64,000 nucleotides of DNA from Trichoplax adhaerens (taxonomy: Eukaryota > Animalia > Placozoa), in the NCBI RefSeq assembly GCF_000150275.1, contig NW_002060945.1, positions 1,740,199 to 1,804,198 on the forward strand, written 5' to 3'. Below, piece by piece: positions 25,901 to 39,276 of the stretch (within the stretch, counting starts at the first letter, position 1; each line of letters begins with the position of its first letter). Below the pieces are notes generated by a model. It had not been told where the DNA came from. It made no database searches and saw only the letters and a list, made by a program, of their open reading frames with translations. Both the position numbers and the translations under genes were made by a program.

Positions 25901-28667
25901 TTCATTTCTACCAATTAAAATGATTATTGGTGATAGAGACTGATGAAAATTAACACAAATTTTATTACACTTGAAAATGAGTGTGTTAAATATTCTTTAC
26001 CAATGCATTTCCTGCTTTGCCAGCTGACTTTGTTGTTTCTATTGTCTTTTTTTCTAGCCATCGAGAATCTTCCCGACGAGGTACAGCGTAATATATCTCG
26101 ACTTCGTGATATCGATAGCCGATTTCAGAGTAAGTACCTTTTAGATTCAATTTTTGGTATAAGCTGCCTTACAGTAGAAGATAAAAACGGCATGAAAATA
26201 TGTACTGCAGTAATTCACTGCCACTGCAGACAGGATTATTTTAGGCTTTCCATAGTGCCATTGCATTGATATCAACGTTATTCCTAATTTGAATGTAAAA
26301 TAGGAAACAATGATCTTGTATTAATGGCCGTCATTTAAATTAGTTTGGTAATGTTTTGGTACTTAAAAGGCTGCAAAAAGTATTCCACTACTGTAATTGG
26401 AAATAATGTAACTAATTTATGTGATCCATCGTAGCAATCAATTCCTTCTTTTTGACATGATCCAAGAAGTGTACTTTACGTTTACACCTGAACCCCGACG
26501 CACCCAATTTATCCAACAGTGCCAAAATTGCAAATAGTCAGGCATAGCTACAACTATTTGTAGGACTAATCGTTAACTTAGTACCCCTACGAGTCTATTC
26601 CTGTATTTCTTAGCGAGTTACCTAATGCTGTTATAAAGTATGTTTGAAAATATCGTATGAAAATATTCAATACATAAACTGTAGGGAAGCCTAACTACAC
26701 TATTCAGATTCACTCACTCAAAAAATTAACCCATCATTTTACAGGTGTTTTAAACAACCTACAACGTTTGAATGAGAATTTCTTACTTGAAAATGACAAA
26801 AATCGACGACGAAAATACTTTCTACGGATGCAACGTTGCTTGATTGAAACTCAAGAATTTGGAGATGAGAAATTAGAAAATATATCACAAATGGTTGACC
26901 TGGTGAGATATTCGTTACTGTATCGCTAATTTATTTGACATATATTATATAGCCAATAATTTATTCTTCATAACTAAAGATTTTATAATTCTCATTAAGA
27001 GCTAAATCGACCAACATGCGTTCTATGTTTTATTGAAATGTTATGTTAAAGTTATTGTGAAATTTAATTGATTATTTTGCTTTATAATCTATGCCAACTA
27101 TAGGTTGAAAATCGTAATCGACAATTAGAATTAGATGTAGAAAATGTTGAAGCTTCCAGTGAAGATGCTGGTTCTCCCCTTAATGATGGCTCTCCTGGGG
27201 AATTCCACGGTAGTTATGAAATCATTGTCAAAAATTGCAAATTTTCAACTGTTGAAAGTCTTGTTTGTATGGATAGTTATTGTCAAGACGGATGAACTCA
27301 CTACGATACCCAATTTCATTTTAAGCTTATGATGTGACTTTTACTTCCAGATCAGCTTGTTATAGCTACACCAAATGAAAGTGTCAGCAAACATCCGGGA
27401 AAACGTACGTCAGACATTATACTCCTAATTATGCTGCGTTAATGTTATGAAGTTTTGATCCTGTTCTTAAACATAGACATGTATAATATTTTATGATATA
27501 GGTCATCGTCGTACTAGAAGTAGCCAAGAAAATTCTGGCAACGCGAATACAGCTAATGCTTCTAGTGAAACTTCTAACGAAAAACCACCCAAGAAAAAAC
27601 CACGGACTAGAAAGTAAGCATTTAATATCAACTTCAAGGTACCCTCTCACAATATGCCGAGACTATACAGTGCTTAGTCGTGATAGCGTTAAACGAACAA
27701 TAAATAAGTCTACCACATAATTTTACATATAGTGACTGTACATTAATATCAAGGGCAACTGTAACAAATTAATTGCTCATAGCATGCCAAACTGCTAACG
27801 GACATGCTATACCAACAAAATTTAAATAACTTTCGTAGCTTGGGTTACTATTGACATAATGAAAAGTCTTTCGAGTAGTCTGTAATATTTTTTATTGGGC
27901 TGTCGATATTACGACTAAATCATTAGTTTGCTCTTAATGGTTGATCTCAAAGTTCGCAATTAAAGTTTATCTTGTTTTCATAGAACGAAACCAAGTTCCC
28001 CTGTTTCTGAAGACCTGCCAATTGATCCCGATGAACCAACATATTGTCTATGTGGCCAGGTAAATGGATAGATGTTACCTATATTACCCATAGTTAGATT
28101 AATTTTTGTGATCAGCAGTTGAAGTCTAACCAAGTAGTAATAGGCTGGTAGTAACTGAAATAATACTGACAGTATAAAAACCTATTTAGCAAAATGGTAA
28201 TTTTACAGATGAAAGATAGGAGTCTATTGAACTACGATCTTTGTAATATATGAATTTGTTGATATGTCCGTACTTTGTACAAGTCATAACCTTTGGGTTG
28301 TTTATTGCATTTGGATAGGTTTCTTTCGGCGAAATGATTGGCTGCGATAACGACGACGTAAGTCTTAATTATAGACCGTGTACACGTTATTTTGTCATAC
28401 TTTGTTTTTTTTCACTAAATATTAAAACTGTGTACTTTTGTTGCAGTGTCCAATTGAATGGTTTCATTTTCAGTGCGTTGGTCTAAATAGTAAACCGAAG
28501 GGAAAATGGTACTGCTTGATATAGAATTCTGCGCTTACGTGTATTCATTCCTAGGTTGTAGTAATTAGCTTTTCTTTCTTTTTACCTTCAATGTGATTAT
28601 TTTTCGTTACAGGTATTGCCCTAAGTGTAAAGATTCTCATGAACGTAAGCGTGGCTCTAACAGATAA
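22931..28667 (+). CDS. ING: Inhibitor of growth (ING1/2-like) PHD-finger protein, ~10 exons
   Basis: Exons give [37 protein letters not shown] and PHD finger [12 protein letters not shown]|[13 protein letters not shown]|[21 protein letters not shown]|YCPKC; stop TAA 28665-28667. First exon 22931-22946 (MAAHS) is inferred from Kozak context and phase match and is less certain. Confidence 0.93.
24038..24670. repeat. GC-rich minisatellite, 5 copies with alternating 124/132/122/132-bp spacing, in ING intron 1
   Basis: Anchor ggacatgcgca at 24068, 24192, 24324, 24446 and 24578. This array explains the overlapping repetitive ORFs in the ORF track. Confidence 0.97.
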
Positions 28668-29775
28668 ACTGTTCAAGCTTATATTATTCTGAAGTTTACG
28701 TATATCCGGTATTTCTAAATGATTCGAGTAAAACTACCTATGACAGCAAAATGTATGTATTAGTAAAGTCCGATCGTACTTTACATTTAAACTATCCAGG
28801 GACGTATACACATATTAATCATACTGTCTCACATAACGTCAATATAGTTGTATGTTTCAATGCATGCAACTCGATCCTTTGGCTATTTTACAAGTTATTG
28901 TCCTCCTGTTAAATCTTTGCTTGTATTAGCAATTGGATTCTCCGCTCCTCAGTAGATTGTATTTGTGACTAGTTGGTTATACGATCCTTGACATTGTCGT
29001 ACATATGATCCACACTTCCAAGTTATGTACTGTACTGTAAAACTTTCAACTTTGCTGTATAGCTTGAAAATAATATCGCAATTCAACAGTTATAATATTT
29101 ATGTAATTGATTTTTATGTTGAAACAATGTGTAATAGTTACGTCTTCCATTGTATTTCCATAGCACTAATTCTTAGCTTTCGTAACAATTAATAAAGCCT
29201 TCAAACCCAAACAACGCCGTCTTGCTTCGATAAGTACATCATCAATTTGCTAAATTCTATACTTCTGCATTACTTATATACAAACATTTATTTAACGCCA
29301 AAATATACTCGCAAGGATATTCAGTTCTAAGTCAGTCACTACTGTACTGGGTTGAATACGAAGAGTACATCGTAAAGTGGTAAATATTGCTATTGTACTT
29401 GTTTCTCAATTTCACAATAATCATGCAGTATCATACTGCACAGAGCGTAATGCATTGAGCTATAATTACCGCTACGGTTTACTTTAACTATACAAAAAAG
29501 TTACCATATCCAGTCGAAGTATGGTCAATCTCTTATTTAATCTTATGTAGTGTAAGGTGCAACAAGCTCACTACACAAGTAACTTACGAATAGATCAGTT
29601 AAAATTCTGTCATCAACATACAAACTGCAAACTTGAATATGCAGAGATACATTAGTTTTTAGTATTTCCATTACCTACGAGTATACTTAGGCTCAAGACT
29701 TTAATAGAGGTAGAGAGGTATTTACATACAACAAAAGGGTTTGTAATAAAGGACATCAACATCATGGGTTCATTT

Positions 29776-32700
29776 TTAGTCGTCTGATTTAAAAGCACCG
29801 ACGCCGATTAATAAATTTTGCCTAGTAAAGTGTACAGCACATACGGGTGTTTGCTTGGTCATGTAAGAATCAATCAAATAATTTTCAGGTTCAGACCTAA
29901 ATAAACAATCATATGATGTATATATACATGAGAAAAAATTGTTTAATTAAGGTAATGCAGCTTACTTATTATCATCGACGATACAGTTTATTATTAAATT
30001 CTTTTACATACTTTGGCTTGTCTTCATTAATTTCTATATTAACCATCTCTTCGTGCTTGCTAATAATTTTCTTAAGATTCCAAAGTCTAATAGAGTAATC
30101 TTCTCCGCCTGTGTCATCAATGATTATATTATATTAGACAAAAGTCTTTTCTGTGAGCCGTAATTGCAATAAAATGTATACCTGATGCAAGGATATTGCC
30201 GTCCCTGTTAAGAACGACAGAATAAATAGCTCCAAAATGACCATTCAGATGATTTACAACAGTTCCACTTCGCAAATCCCAAATAAATATAAATTTATCG
30301 AATCCGCCAGAAATCATGTAACGACCATCGATTGAGAACGTGAGACAGTTGACCGTGGCCTATATTAATAGATCAATAGATTACAAATGACAGATCTTTC
30401 TTTACTTTTGGACCGATTAAAGATTAATGGTCATAGTTGTCATACCTTATGGCCCGTAAACAATCTTACACATTTCCCAGTAGGGATATCCCAAAGTCTA
30501 CAAGAGCGATCACTCGAGCCAGTCGCGATATAATTACAGTTTGGATGAAATTGGACACACTAATACAACCGAAATTAATCACGAGCATATTAAAGCAATG
30601 TTAGTCCTTTCGATAAATTATTAACCAGTAAATAGATTAATTTGATTTACATCGACATCGGATAAGTGTCCAACAAATACGCGCAAAGGCTGTATACTGT
30701 CGGTAGTCCATAGGCGGGCCGTTCGGTCATGAGATCCAGAAACGAAATAATAGCCGCGTGGACTGCACAAATTCAATTGCGAAGCATTACTACCTTGTCG
30801 ACACATAAATTTAAGCACAATAACGTTGGATATGTTAAAATTCGATCAAGAATAATACCTGAATTTTACATCCCAAACAGGATAACTGTGCCCTTTAAAG
30901 CAGACGATGCATGTGAATGTGTGTAAGCTCCAAAGACGAACTATAAAAGAGGAACATTCGTTGACATTTTTTACAACCATACTAAAAACTGTATAAATAA
31001 TTTATGAACGTATTTACTTGTTCCATCTTCAGAAGCTGAAAGTAAGAAAGTCCCTTCAGGATTTATGCTAACTGCATACACTGGGCCACTATGGCCGATA
31101 AACTTGCGTGTGTCCGTAGCAGCTTTATCATCCATTATTCTTTCCATAACATCTTCTGCTTCCTTGTTGACTGATGCTAGATCTGCAGCTGATTTTACCG
31201 GCCTAAGTTTCTTACGACTAATGCTTCTGATTTGAACCGAACAATCCTCATATGCAAGACAGAGGCGAGTAGAATCTTCGGAAAGTGTTGCACAAGTGAG
31301 ACTATATTTAAGAAAGAATTTACAGTCAAGCCAATGGAAAGCACTTTTATAAGGTGTTATCCTCTAGAAAGTTACCCCTTCGAGGCTCTAAAGACAGTAA
31401 AAAAGCATATTGAAGGCGATTTCAAATGGGTTCTGTCTAGCATTTCCTTTACCGCTCCTTCACGTGAAGTGATATCAGATTCTTTCCTAATCAAAAGGTA
31501 AACATACGCTGCTTGAGCAAAGCTGTAGTAATAATTAAGAACTAATATAGATTTAGACCTACATTTCAGGGAAAGGAACGCGATCAGCAGGAGGCGCATT
31601 AGGATTGTTACTAACTTTTTTCCGCTTTGCTGGTAAGAGTCGAAAATTAAATAATATATTACCTCACATACATGAAATCGTTAAGCAAGACCATTAATAC
31701 ATTGAAGGATAAAGTTATTAGATTTACCAGCCGAGCCGGAATCTTTTTTCAGCTTTTTCTTCTGAAAATGTTGAAGTTTTGCAAGTGTTACAATCGATGT
31801 CCAAATAATCGAAAACAGTTCCATTTTACCTTTGGTCGTTTATCGTCATCTTCTTCGCTATCATTTTCAATATCTAACATTGTAGAAATATCTAATTCCT
31901 TCGGAATCCCAAATAGAACCTTTGCCTTGTTTGCTGTAAAGTATTTTAAGATACGTTAGATGTTTGTTTGACTATAAAAAAGTTTACTCCAAGGATATTA
32001 CAGAGTTGTAAATGCTATAAGCAACATAGTCTAACCATTATTGCGAACTTCTCCTGTCAGGGCGCCTGCCGTCTGAGCAATTTGGGATTTCTGCCTAGGG
32101 TATCCACTAACCACTAATGGTAAGGCCAAATAGTGCATGATGTTCAATGTAATTGATAGATATTACGTGTTATATTTGGATATTTATGACACGGTATGCT
32201 AACAAATCATTACCTTCTATATATAAGGATTGATTGATAATATTTGACAGTAAAGTAAGTTTATTCTCCTAAAGGTATAGAAAAAATGATAATTATATAA
32301 GCCTGGATAATCGTAAAGCGAATGGGAAAAAGGTCAATCAATACCATTAAAAAGTCTTTTAGTTTTTGATTGGAATCTCTTGACATTTTAACAACAAAAT
32401 CGGACGTTCTACAAATCATAGCGTGAATATATTGACATTTAACTTTGAACTATCCAGTAATTCCCAAAAAATATTTTCAGTGACGAGATATTACCTAAAA
32501 TCTTTGATTACTTCATTTTTTAGCATGTCTTCTTTACTATTAATAGTCTTTAATCGGTTTATATCTTCTTGATAGTAATCTTCTTGAGTAGGTCCGAACT
32601 TCTTTAGAAAGGTGCGCGCTAAAATGTGAATAGAAATTCGTCCAGCACAAGCATAAGAATTAAGTTTCAATTCGTAAAAGTATATCAAATCATTTATAGT

Positions 32701-34077
32701 ATTCTACAGTAACGGAGTTATACACAATACTACATGGTTACAAAGTGAACGTTGTTCAATTTAGTCCAACATTAGTATCATTTCTCACCTAAATTTTGAC
32801 GGTCTTTGTAAATTATTTCCAGATACAGGTGGACAAACATCGGGAACATGACCTGAGCTAATTCATACTATGACAAGTAAATAATCTTGTAAATATATGC
32901 TATATGACTTTCAATGGAAGTTATGAAATTTATGTAAAGATGGGTATCGCAATAATTTGATTTGGTACACTCTTATGGGAACCTTATAAGGATCCAAGGA
33001 ATTGTAAACAAAATCTTGCAAGCTAAATAAAAGAAACCAGTAGCCCAACATTACATTAGATACAGTAAGAAGAGTGTCCATGGAATAAAGGTTCGGTAAA
33101 AAATTTATCAGATTTCATTCTAGTTCAAGATTTGTTTCACTGACCTCTCATAAAATCCAGCATAATTCTCTGGATTAGCATCACTGCAATAAATAAGTAA
33201 AGATATTTAGGCCTTTAGCATTGATAAAACTGCGTTGGCTAAATTGAATGAAGGTAGACTGAAGCATTTTCATGCATAATCAAAAGATATTTTTAAGAAG
33301 AATTAATCGGTTAGTATAGTACTGTAGTGAAGCTATCTTTCATGCTAACAAACTGTATTCAGCTAAGATAATTTTTTACCTGTTATAAGTTGCTAGTAAG
33401 TTGGCCAAGTCGGTCTCTTTATCGTTTGATTTTGAGTCTAATAGTGCTTTGGCATTTAACGATTGATTATCCTTTCGCAATTCTTCGTAGAATGCGCGTT
33501 CTGTTTCCTAATTATGTAAAATAACAGTTGCATTAGGGTTTTCTGGAGTTGATGTCTATCACCGCAAAATGCGTACTTCAAATATTGATTTGCTTCTTTT
33601 CATAGTGCTATATTATTAGTATTATAAAAGCGAGTATAGTAGGATAAATGTTAATTAAGGTTACAGACGTTGGAAGATAATGCATAAACAAGCTGAAATG
33701 TAAAATTCTAGTCGATTTATTGTACAATATGTTATGATTACTGGAGTTGCACAATTTAATTCTAATCCAATATGTAATGAAATGATTCAAGATTGAAGAA
33801 GAATCTTTAGTAGGAATTAATGGCAAGGAAATACCTTGATATACGTCGATTGGTATGAGCTTATAGCTGTATTATATAACGGCAATGAACTTTTTATACT
33901 ATTGGCGATTATCAACATATGTATAATGTTGTAAAATGGAATAAATGGCTCTACAATACAACTTACAATTAATTTATTTCTCTTGAGAAAGAGTAAGATA
34001 CCCGATAATATCTTTTCATCGACATTTAATTCTTTCGTCGTCTTATCGTCGGTGTTTTTGTGATCAACATCCATCAT
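29776..34077 (-). CDS. TAF5: TFIID subunit 5 (LisH, NTD2, WD40 repeats), multi-exon
   Basis: Spliced translation gives [10 protein letters not shown]|ETE (LisH), [16 protein letters not shown] (NTD2), [21 protein letters not shown] and WD40 repeats [18 protein letters not shown]|[26 protein letters not shown]|[24 protein letters not shown]. Ends [27 protein letters not shown]. Confidence 0.96.
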
Positions 34078-34979
34078 AATGATCGTCTTTAGCAGGGTTG
34101 TCAGTGGATTTTTGAAGATGTCACAGTAAGGATGGTCGAATACGTATAACACTTGTCCTAGCTGTTATTGAGCAAATAAAAGCGATTATTACAATTTAGT
34201 ACACCATTACAGTACTAATAAACTAGTCTAGTTTGTCATTGATAAGATAACGTGATGCATTGGCAGCCTATTTCAATCCTATTCTAACATAACATTGTCC
34301 CTGGTTATTCTACGTAACAAGCAACGGTACATCATCATCAATAATCCAATAGGTAGATGTAGAATAACAAAGATTTCCGACCAATACAGCAATAACATTC
34401 TCCTACAGTAAATTGTATGATGCCAAGAAAAGAGGATCAGCCTATGCTTTGCAAATATGGCATTATGATGGTATTACATTCAACTGGATACCACGCTGAT
34501 TTGCAATAGCGTGTAGCGATCGATCCTATCGACTTCCTATTGAATCAATCAACACGATAATACTCTCGAGCTAGTTGGGATGATCAATCGATGATATCGC
34601 AAGCAAGTCTGCAGAAGATTTCGGGCATTCCTATTGCCTCTCGAGCCATGCGATCATGCATCGATGACTACAGTAGAAGACTGCTTGGATCATGACTGTC
34701 CCGATGGATTGGACGACAAAGAAAGATGAAGACGCATAATTTCAATGACTACTAGTCCCATTTCTATTCAATCTTACAATGATGGTAAAGGGGTGATCAT
34801 GTCCTGCCAATCTTCACCCGTTTATTTCATTAATTTTCGGTTTATAAGAGAGAGAAAGAAGCTGCAAGCTAAGCAATCAGTCGCTACCAGGACTTGTCGA
34901 TTTGAAGGATCCAGGCGCTACTTTATGCTTCTCCAGCCCGCAGGACCGCTTCTAGTCCTCATCTTGATCAATCATTGTG

Positions 34980-35305
34980 CTATACAGTACAGTGTATTGT
35001 AGGGTTAGGATACGTACTGTAGCGGACTGGACTGTACACTGTACTGTGGGTGATACAGTCAGTACAGTACTGTACAGTCGTACTGTACACTGTACAGTGT
35101 ACAGTATACTGTACTGTATACAGTGTACTGTACTGTATATAATACTTTACAGTACAGTATGCTGTACTGTAAAGTATACTGTACTGTATGTAATTGCTCC
35201 ATACAGTATTCAAAATCATAAAGTAAGACAACAGGAAATCACTGAAACTGTACTGTAAAACCAACCTAAGGGCGACTGTGATGTACTGTACTATGTACTG
35301 TAGCG
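34980..35305. repeat. Mixed TACAG/TACTG pentamer tract (stacked TA-CWG-TA units)
   Basis: Dense runs such as tacagtactgtacagtcgtactgtacactgtacagtgtacagtatactgtactgtatacagtg, in both orientations. Confidence 0.9.
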
Positions 35306-35445
35306 GCATCACGTCCGCCAGGCGTCGGTAACGAGTACGTGTATCTGTCCGACTGTAGAGCATTATTCAAAAATCATAAAGTCAGACAACAGGAAATCAG
35401 TACACAAGTGCTAGATTAAATCCATTAAATATAAAAAAAATTATA

Positions 35446-35729
35446 TTATATCAAGAAATTGATAAAACTTATCAAGACAAAGGCGTCATTGATTATGAAT
35501 CGGTCTCCGAATGACAATATCTAGATATGGATCTTAGTGAAGCGATACGAATGTATCCACCTACATATGCAGTTAATTCCTATTCATAGTATTCATCACG
35601 ATCCAGACTGCTGGCCTAATCCTGAGCAATTTAGACTAAAACAATTTACACCCGAAGAAAAACAGGCTCGCAATCCATCGTGTTATATGCCATTCGGTAT
35701 GGGTCGTCGAAACTGTATCCGAATGAGAT
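35446..35729 (+). pseudogene. CYP3-clan P450 fragment (J helix to heme-Cys region)
   Basis: Homologous to ~37388-37736. In-frame TGA at 35512-35514, a 65-bp deletion at an AAT microhomology, and a degenerate PERF motif. Followed by a copy of the CYP downstream flank (35760-35910). Confidence 0.92.
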
Positions 35730-36044
35730 ATACAATATCATTGTTTAGAGCCCTGTATACTGTACTAGAAGAGTAAAAAAGGCTCTATTAGGCTTTATAG
35801 CACAAGCAGTTTTGAATTCTACATCTATTAACCTGATTTAAAAGTATTGTAGGCAATTGAAATTATTTAAGATATCTCATATTTAGTAGTTCCTTATTGA
35901 AATACTGTAGTACAAATAAGTACAAGTACAATCCACCAGTAAAACGGCTTATAGCCTACAGTATAGGATCATGTTCCTCCTAATAAGGTAGCTGAGAAGG
36001 TCAAACGGAACGTGACGGAAATGGGACGGAATTCCTAATTTGTG

Positions 36045-36195
36045 GAACGTACTGTAGTACGTACAGTACAGTGCTGTACTAATTTGAATGAATACTGTAC
36101 AGTATGGAACACTTACAATAAATGTACAGTACAGTACAGCACAGTACAGTAGTAAATGCTCACAGACTGTACGGTACAGTGTATTGTACTGTAGG
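36045..36195. repeat. Second TACAG/TACTG/TACGG tract, upstream of CYP copy 1
   Basis: gtactgtagtacgtacagtacagtgctgtac ... tacagtacagtacagcacagtacagtag ... tgtacggtacagtg. Confidence 0.85.
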
Positions 36196-36391
36196 ATGAC
36201 ATCACTACTTAACTACTTAACAGCAATCCAAATAATTTCTGCAAATTTTAGATAGACTTGGACACAGCATATTTATAAGATTTATTGACAACATACTCAC
36301 CTACTGTACCGCACCTGTATACGAGTTGGATTCAAACCAATGTGAAGTGTTGAAACTTAAAAGTCAAATTTAATCACCTAGTTGATGTGAA

Positions 36392-37891
36392 ATGGAACAA
36401 ATCAGTAAAACCTTCGATGGCAATGCCTTGGTATCTACTGGGACACTGGCTATTATCGCCGTGACCTGTGCTGTCTATCTATTCTATACTAGCTATGTCA
36501 TCCCTTTGAAATTATTCTCCAAGTCGGGTATTAAAGGACCTCCACCCACATTAATTGTGGGCAATCTATCTGAATTTAGAAAGGGCTTACATGATAGCCT
36601 GGTGAATAACCGACGAAAGTATGGAAAAGTATTTGGTACTTTCTTAGGGACACAACCGACGTTATGGGTAGGAGATGTCGATATTCTCAAAATCATTATG
36701 GTCAAAGAATTCCATCAATTCCCTGATCGAGTGGCATTAACAAAGACTTTACCTTATCCTATCAAACACAGCGTTCTATTTGCTAGAGGTGAGGATTGGA
36801 AACGAATCAGGAGCATCTTAACAGCAACATTTAGCGCATCGAAATTGAAACAAATTTTTTATATAGTCGAGAGTGCGTGTAACAGATGCGTAGAGAAGTT
36901 AGAAGCTCTTAGTGAAAATGAAGAAATCGCTGACATGAAAGTTATTTACGGTAACTTAACTATGGAAGTAATCGTAGCATCAGCATTCGGAGTTCAACTT
37001 GAAAACGATCCTCGTGCAAGTAAATTAATTAACTATGCTAACAAAATATTTAATTCCGTACCCACAATACAACTCATTGTAGCTTTAATACCATCTTTTC
37101 AACCATTCTTTCGATTTTTTTTCCGAGAGCGACAAGAATCGACTACTTATATAGCCAATACTGTAAAGGGAATTATACGTGAGCGTCGCGAATCCCTAAA
37201 GAACGGAACTCGTTGCAATCGAGATCTTCTTCAGTTAATGATCGAAGCTTCTGAAGATGGCAAAATGAGCGATGATGAGATCGTCGGTCAAGCATATATC
37301 TTCCTTATTGCCGGTTATGAAACCACTGCTAATACATTAACTTATGCAACATACTTATTAGCAAATCATCCTGAAGTACAAGATAAGTTATATAAAGAAA
37401 TTGATAAAACATATCAAGACAAAGGTGTAATCGATTACGAATCGGTGTCCGAGTTACAATATCTAGACATGGTTCTTAGTGAAACACTACGCATATATCC
37501 ACCGGCCCATGCAGTTAATCGGGGTGTTAGCAAAGATGTTACTATTAACGGCGTTAAACTTCTAAAATCAGTACCTGTTGGAATTCCTATTTACGGTATT
37601 CATCACGATCCAGACTACTGGCCTAATCCTGAGCAATTTAGACCAGAACGATTTACACCCGAAGAAAAACAAGCTCGTAATCCATCGTGTTATATGCCAT
37701 TCGGTATGGGTCCTCGAAACTGTATCGGGATGAGATTAGCTTTAATTGAAGCAAAATTAGCTTTAGCAAAGGTAGTAAAAGCTGTAGAATTTAGTGCGAT
37801 AGATAAAACAGAGATTCCTTTGAAACTGAAAGCAGGCGTAACGCTATCACCGGCTAACCCAGTATATGTCGGAATTAAGAAGAGATTATAG
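36392..37891 (+). CDS. Cytochrome P450, CYP3 clan (CYP3A-like), intronless, copy 1
   Basis: 499 aa with N-terminal anchor, proline hinge GPPP, WKRIR, AGYETT, ETLR, PERF and PFGMGPRNCIG. Confidence 0.97.
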   Translation: MEQISKTFDGNALVSTGTLAIIAVTCAVYLFYTSYVIPLKLFSKSGIKGPPPTLIVGNLSEFRKGLHDSLVNNRRKYGKVFGTFLGTQPTLWVGDVDILKIIMVKEFHQFPDRVALTKTLPYPIKHSVLFARGEDWKRIRSILTATFSASKLKQIFYIVESACNRCVEKLEALSENEEIADMKVIYGNLTMEVIVASAFGVQLENDPRASKLINYANKIFNSVPTIQLIVALIPSFQPFFRFFFRERQESTTYIANTVKGIIRERRESLKNGTRCNRDLLQLMIEASEDGKMSDDEIVGQAYIFLIAGYETTANTLTYATYLLANHPEVQDKLYKEIDKTYQDKGVIDYESVSELQYLDMVLSETLRIYPPAHAVNRGVSKDVTINGVKLLKSVPVGIPIYGIHHDPDYWPNPEQFRPERFTPEEKQARNPSCYMPFGMGPRNCIGMRLALIEAKLALAKVVKAVEFSAIDKTEIPLKLKAGVTLSPANPVYVGIKKRL

Positions 37892-39276
37892 ATTAATTAC
37901 ATATTATCAGTACAACTATTATGCGTTAGAGCATTACATGTTGTACTATAACTGGTATATATGGTATATTCTCTATAACTGGTATATATGGTAGTTCCGA
38001 TTAATTAGTTACTATCACTAATATATCTAATTAGCTAATTGAGTCCAGACTGTTATGATTACGATCAGCTGACGCTGCTGTAGGTTGTAGACTGTATTGT
38101 ATGTTTTAATAACCATTATTTTTTATCGAATTCAGAGCTAGTATAATTGATGATAATACTTTATCAAAAGCCCTCCAAATATTACACTGGTAATATACGG
38201 AAATATAGTCTTCAATATTTGAGCTTTTCAATAAAAATAATGTTAAACATTGCGTATAAGGGCTCCAGGTTGATGGCTAACTATAATTAATTATTCGATA
38301 TACACGTTTATGCAATATTTAATATTTTACTAGAAGTTGCTATGTTAATGCAAGACTGTATGCACTATATAGGCAGTAGAACAGTATTGCTAGTAAAACC
38401 AATCGCAACACTTTAGCTTCCATATACATTATTTCGTACTGGAAAGAGTAAAAGAGCTCTAAAATTAGGCTTTATTGCACGAGTAGTATTGAATCCTACA
38501 TCTAGAAACTCTAAGCTGATTTAAATTAGGTATTAATTATTATTAAATTATTCAAGATATCTATGCAAAATATTTTAACAGTTCCTTTCTCGCAATAGTA
38601 TATAAATCGCTATGCATTGATTATACTGTACGATAATATAAAACTGAAATATTTATACTGTATAGAATACTATACGTATTACTTTGTCCCGATCACCTTC
38701 GTTCTGACCATATCATAATGTATACATTATTTTGGATATCTGTTATATGTTAAAGCTTAGTCTTAGCAGATCTCAGGCTATTTCTAAATGTACAGTATCT
38801 GTCTCAGAAATCCCTGACAGGCCTGACAGCGTGAGCCTTTCGCGAAACGCTGACTCTTCCGTTCATGAGGACTGTAGAATTTTTTCCTTTTACCTCTACT
38901 AGCTCATTACCCGCCACCTTACTGACGGTAACCCCAACCTAACAGTATTCATAATTAACAGTTATAGAAGATCGTAGATGCTATTTAAATTAGTACCAGT
39001 GATTTAGAAAACAGACACGGAAGATCCATACTAACTATAAGTAGCCATTTTTACTGTCTCATTTGGTAAGAAACGTCCGTCTGCCCGAGGGATACTATAA
39101 TAGTCCAGAACAGTACTGTACACTTCCTCTTAAACATTGCACAGAACATACAGCACAGTACAGTACCGTATACGGTTCAGAAACGGTGATGCTGGCCAAG
39201 TTAGAACTCGAATTTTTTTGCCTCTACCTGCTGCATACAAGCAAAGAAATCAAATTTAATCACCTTGTTGATGTGA

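Noticed and set aside
34977-35363. Tyr/Cys/Thr/Val-rich ORFs on both strands
   Set aside because: Translation artefacts of the TACAG/TACTG tract.
35537-35776. 79-aa ORF with a P450 heme motif as a functional mini-P450
   Set aside because: Part of a disrupted pseudogene fragment with an upstream stop, a frameshifting deletion and truncation.
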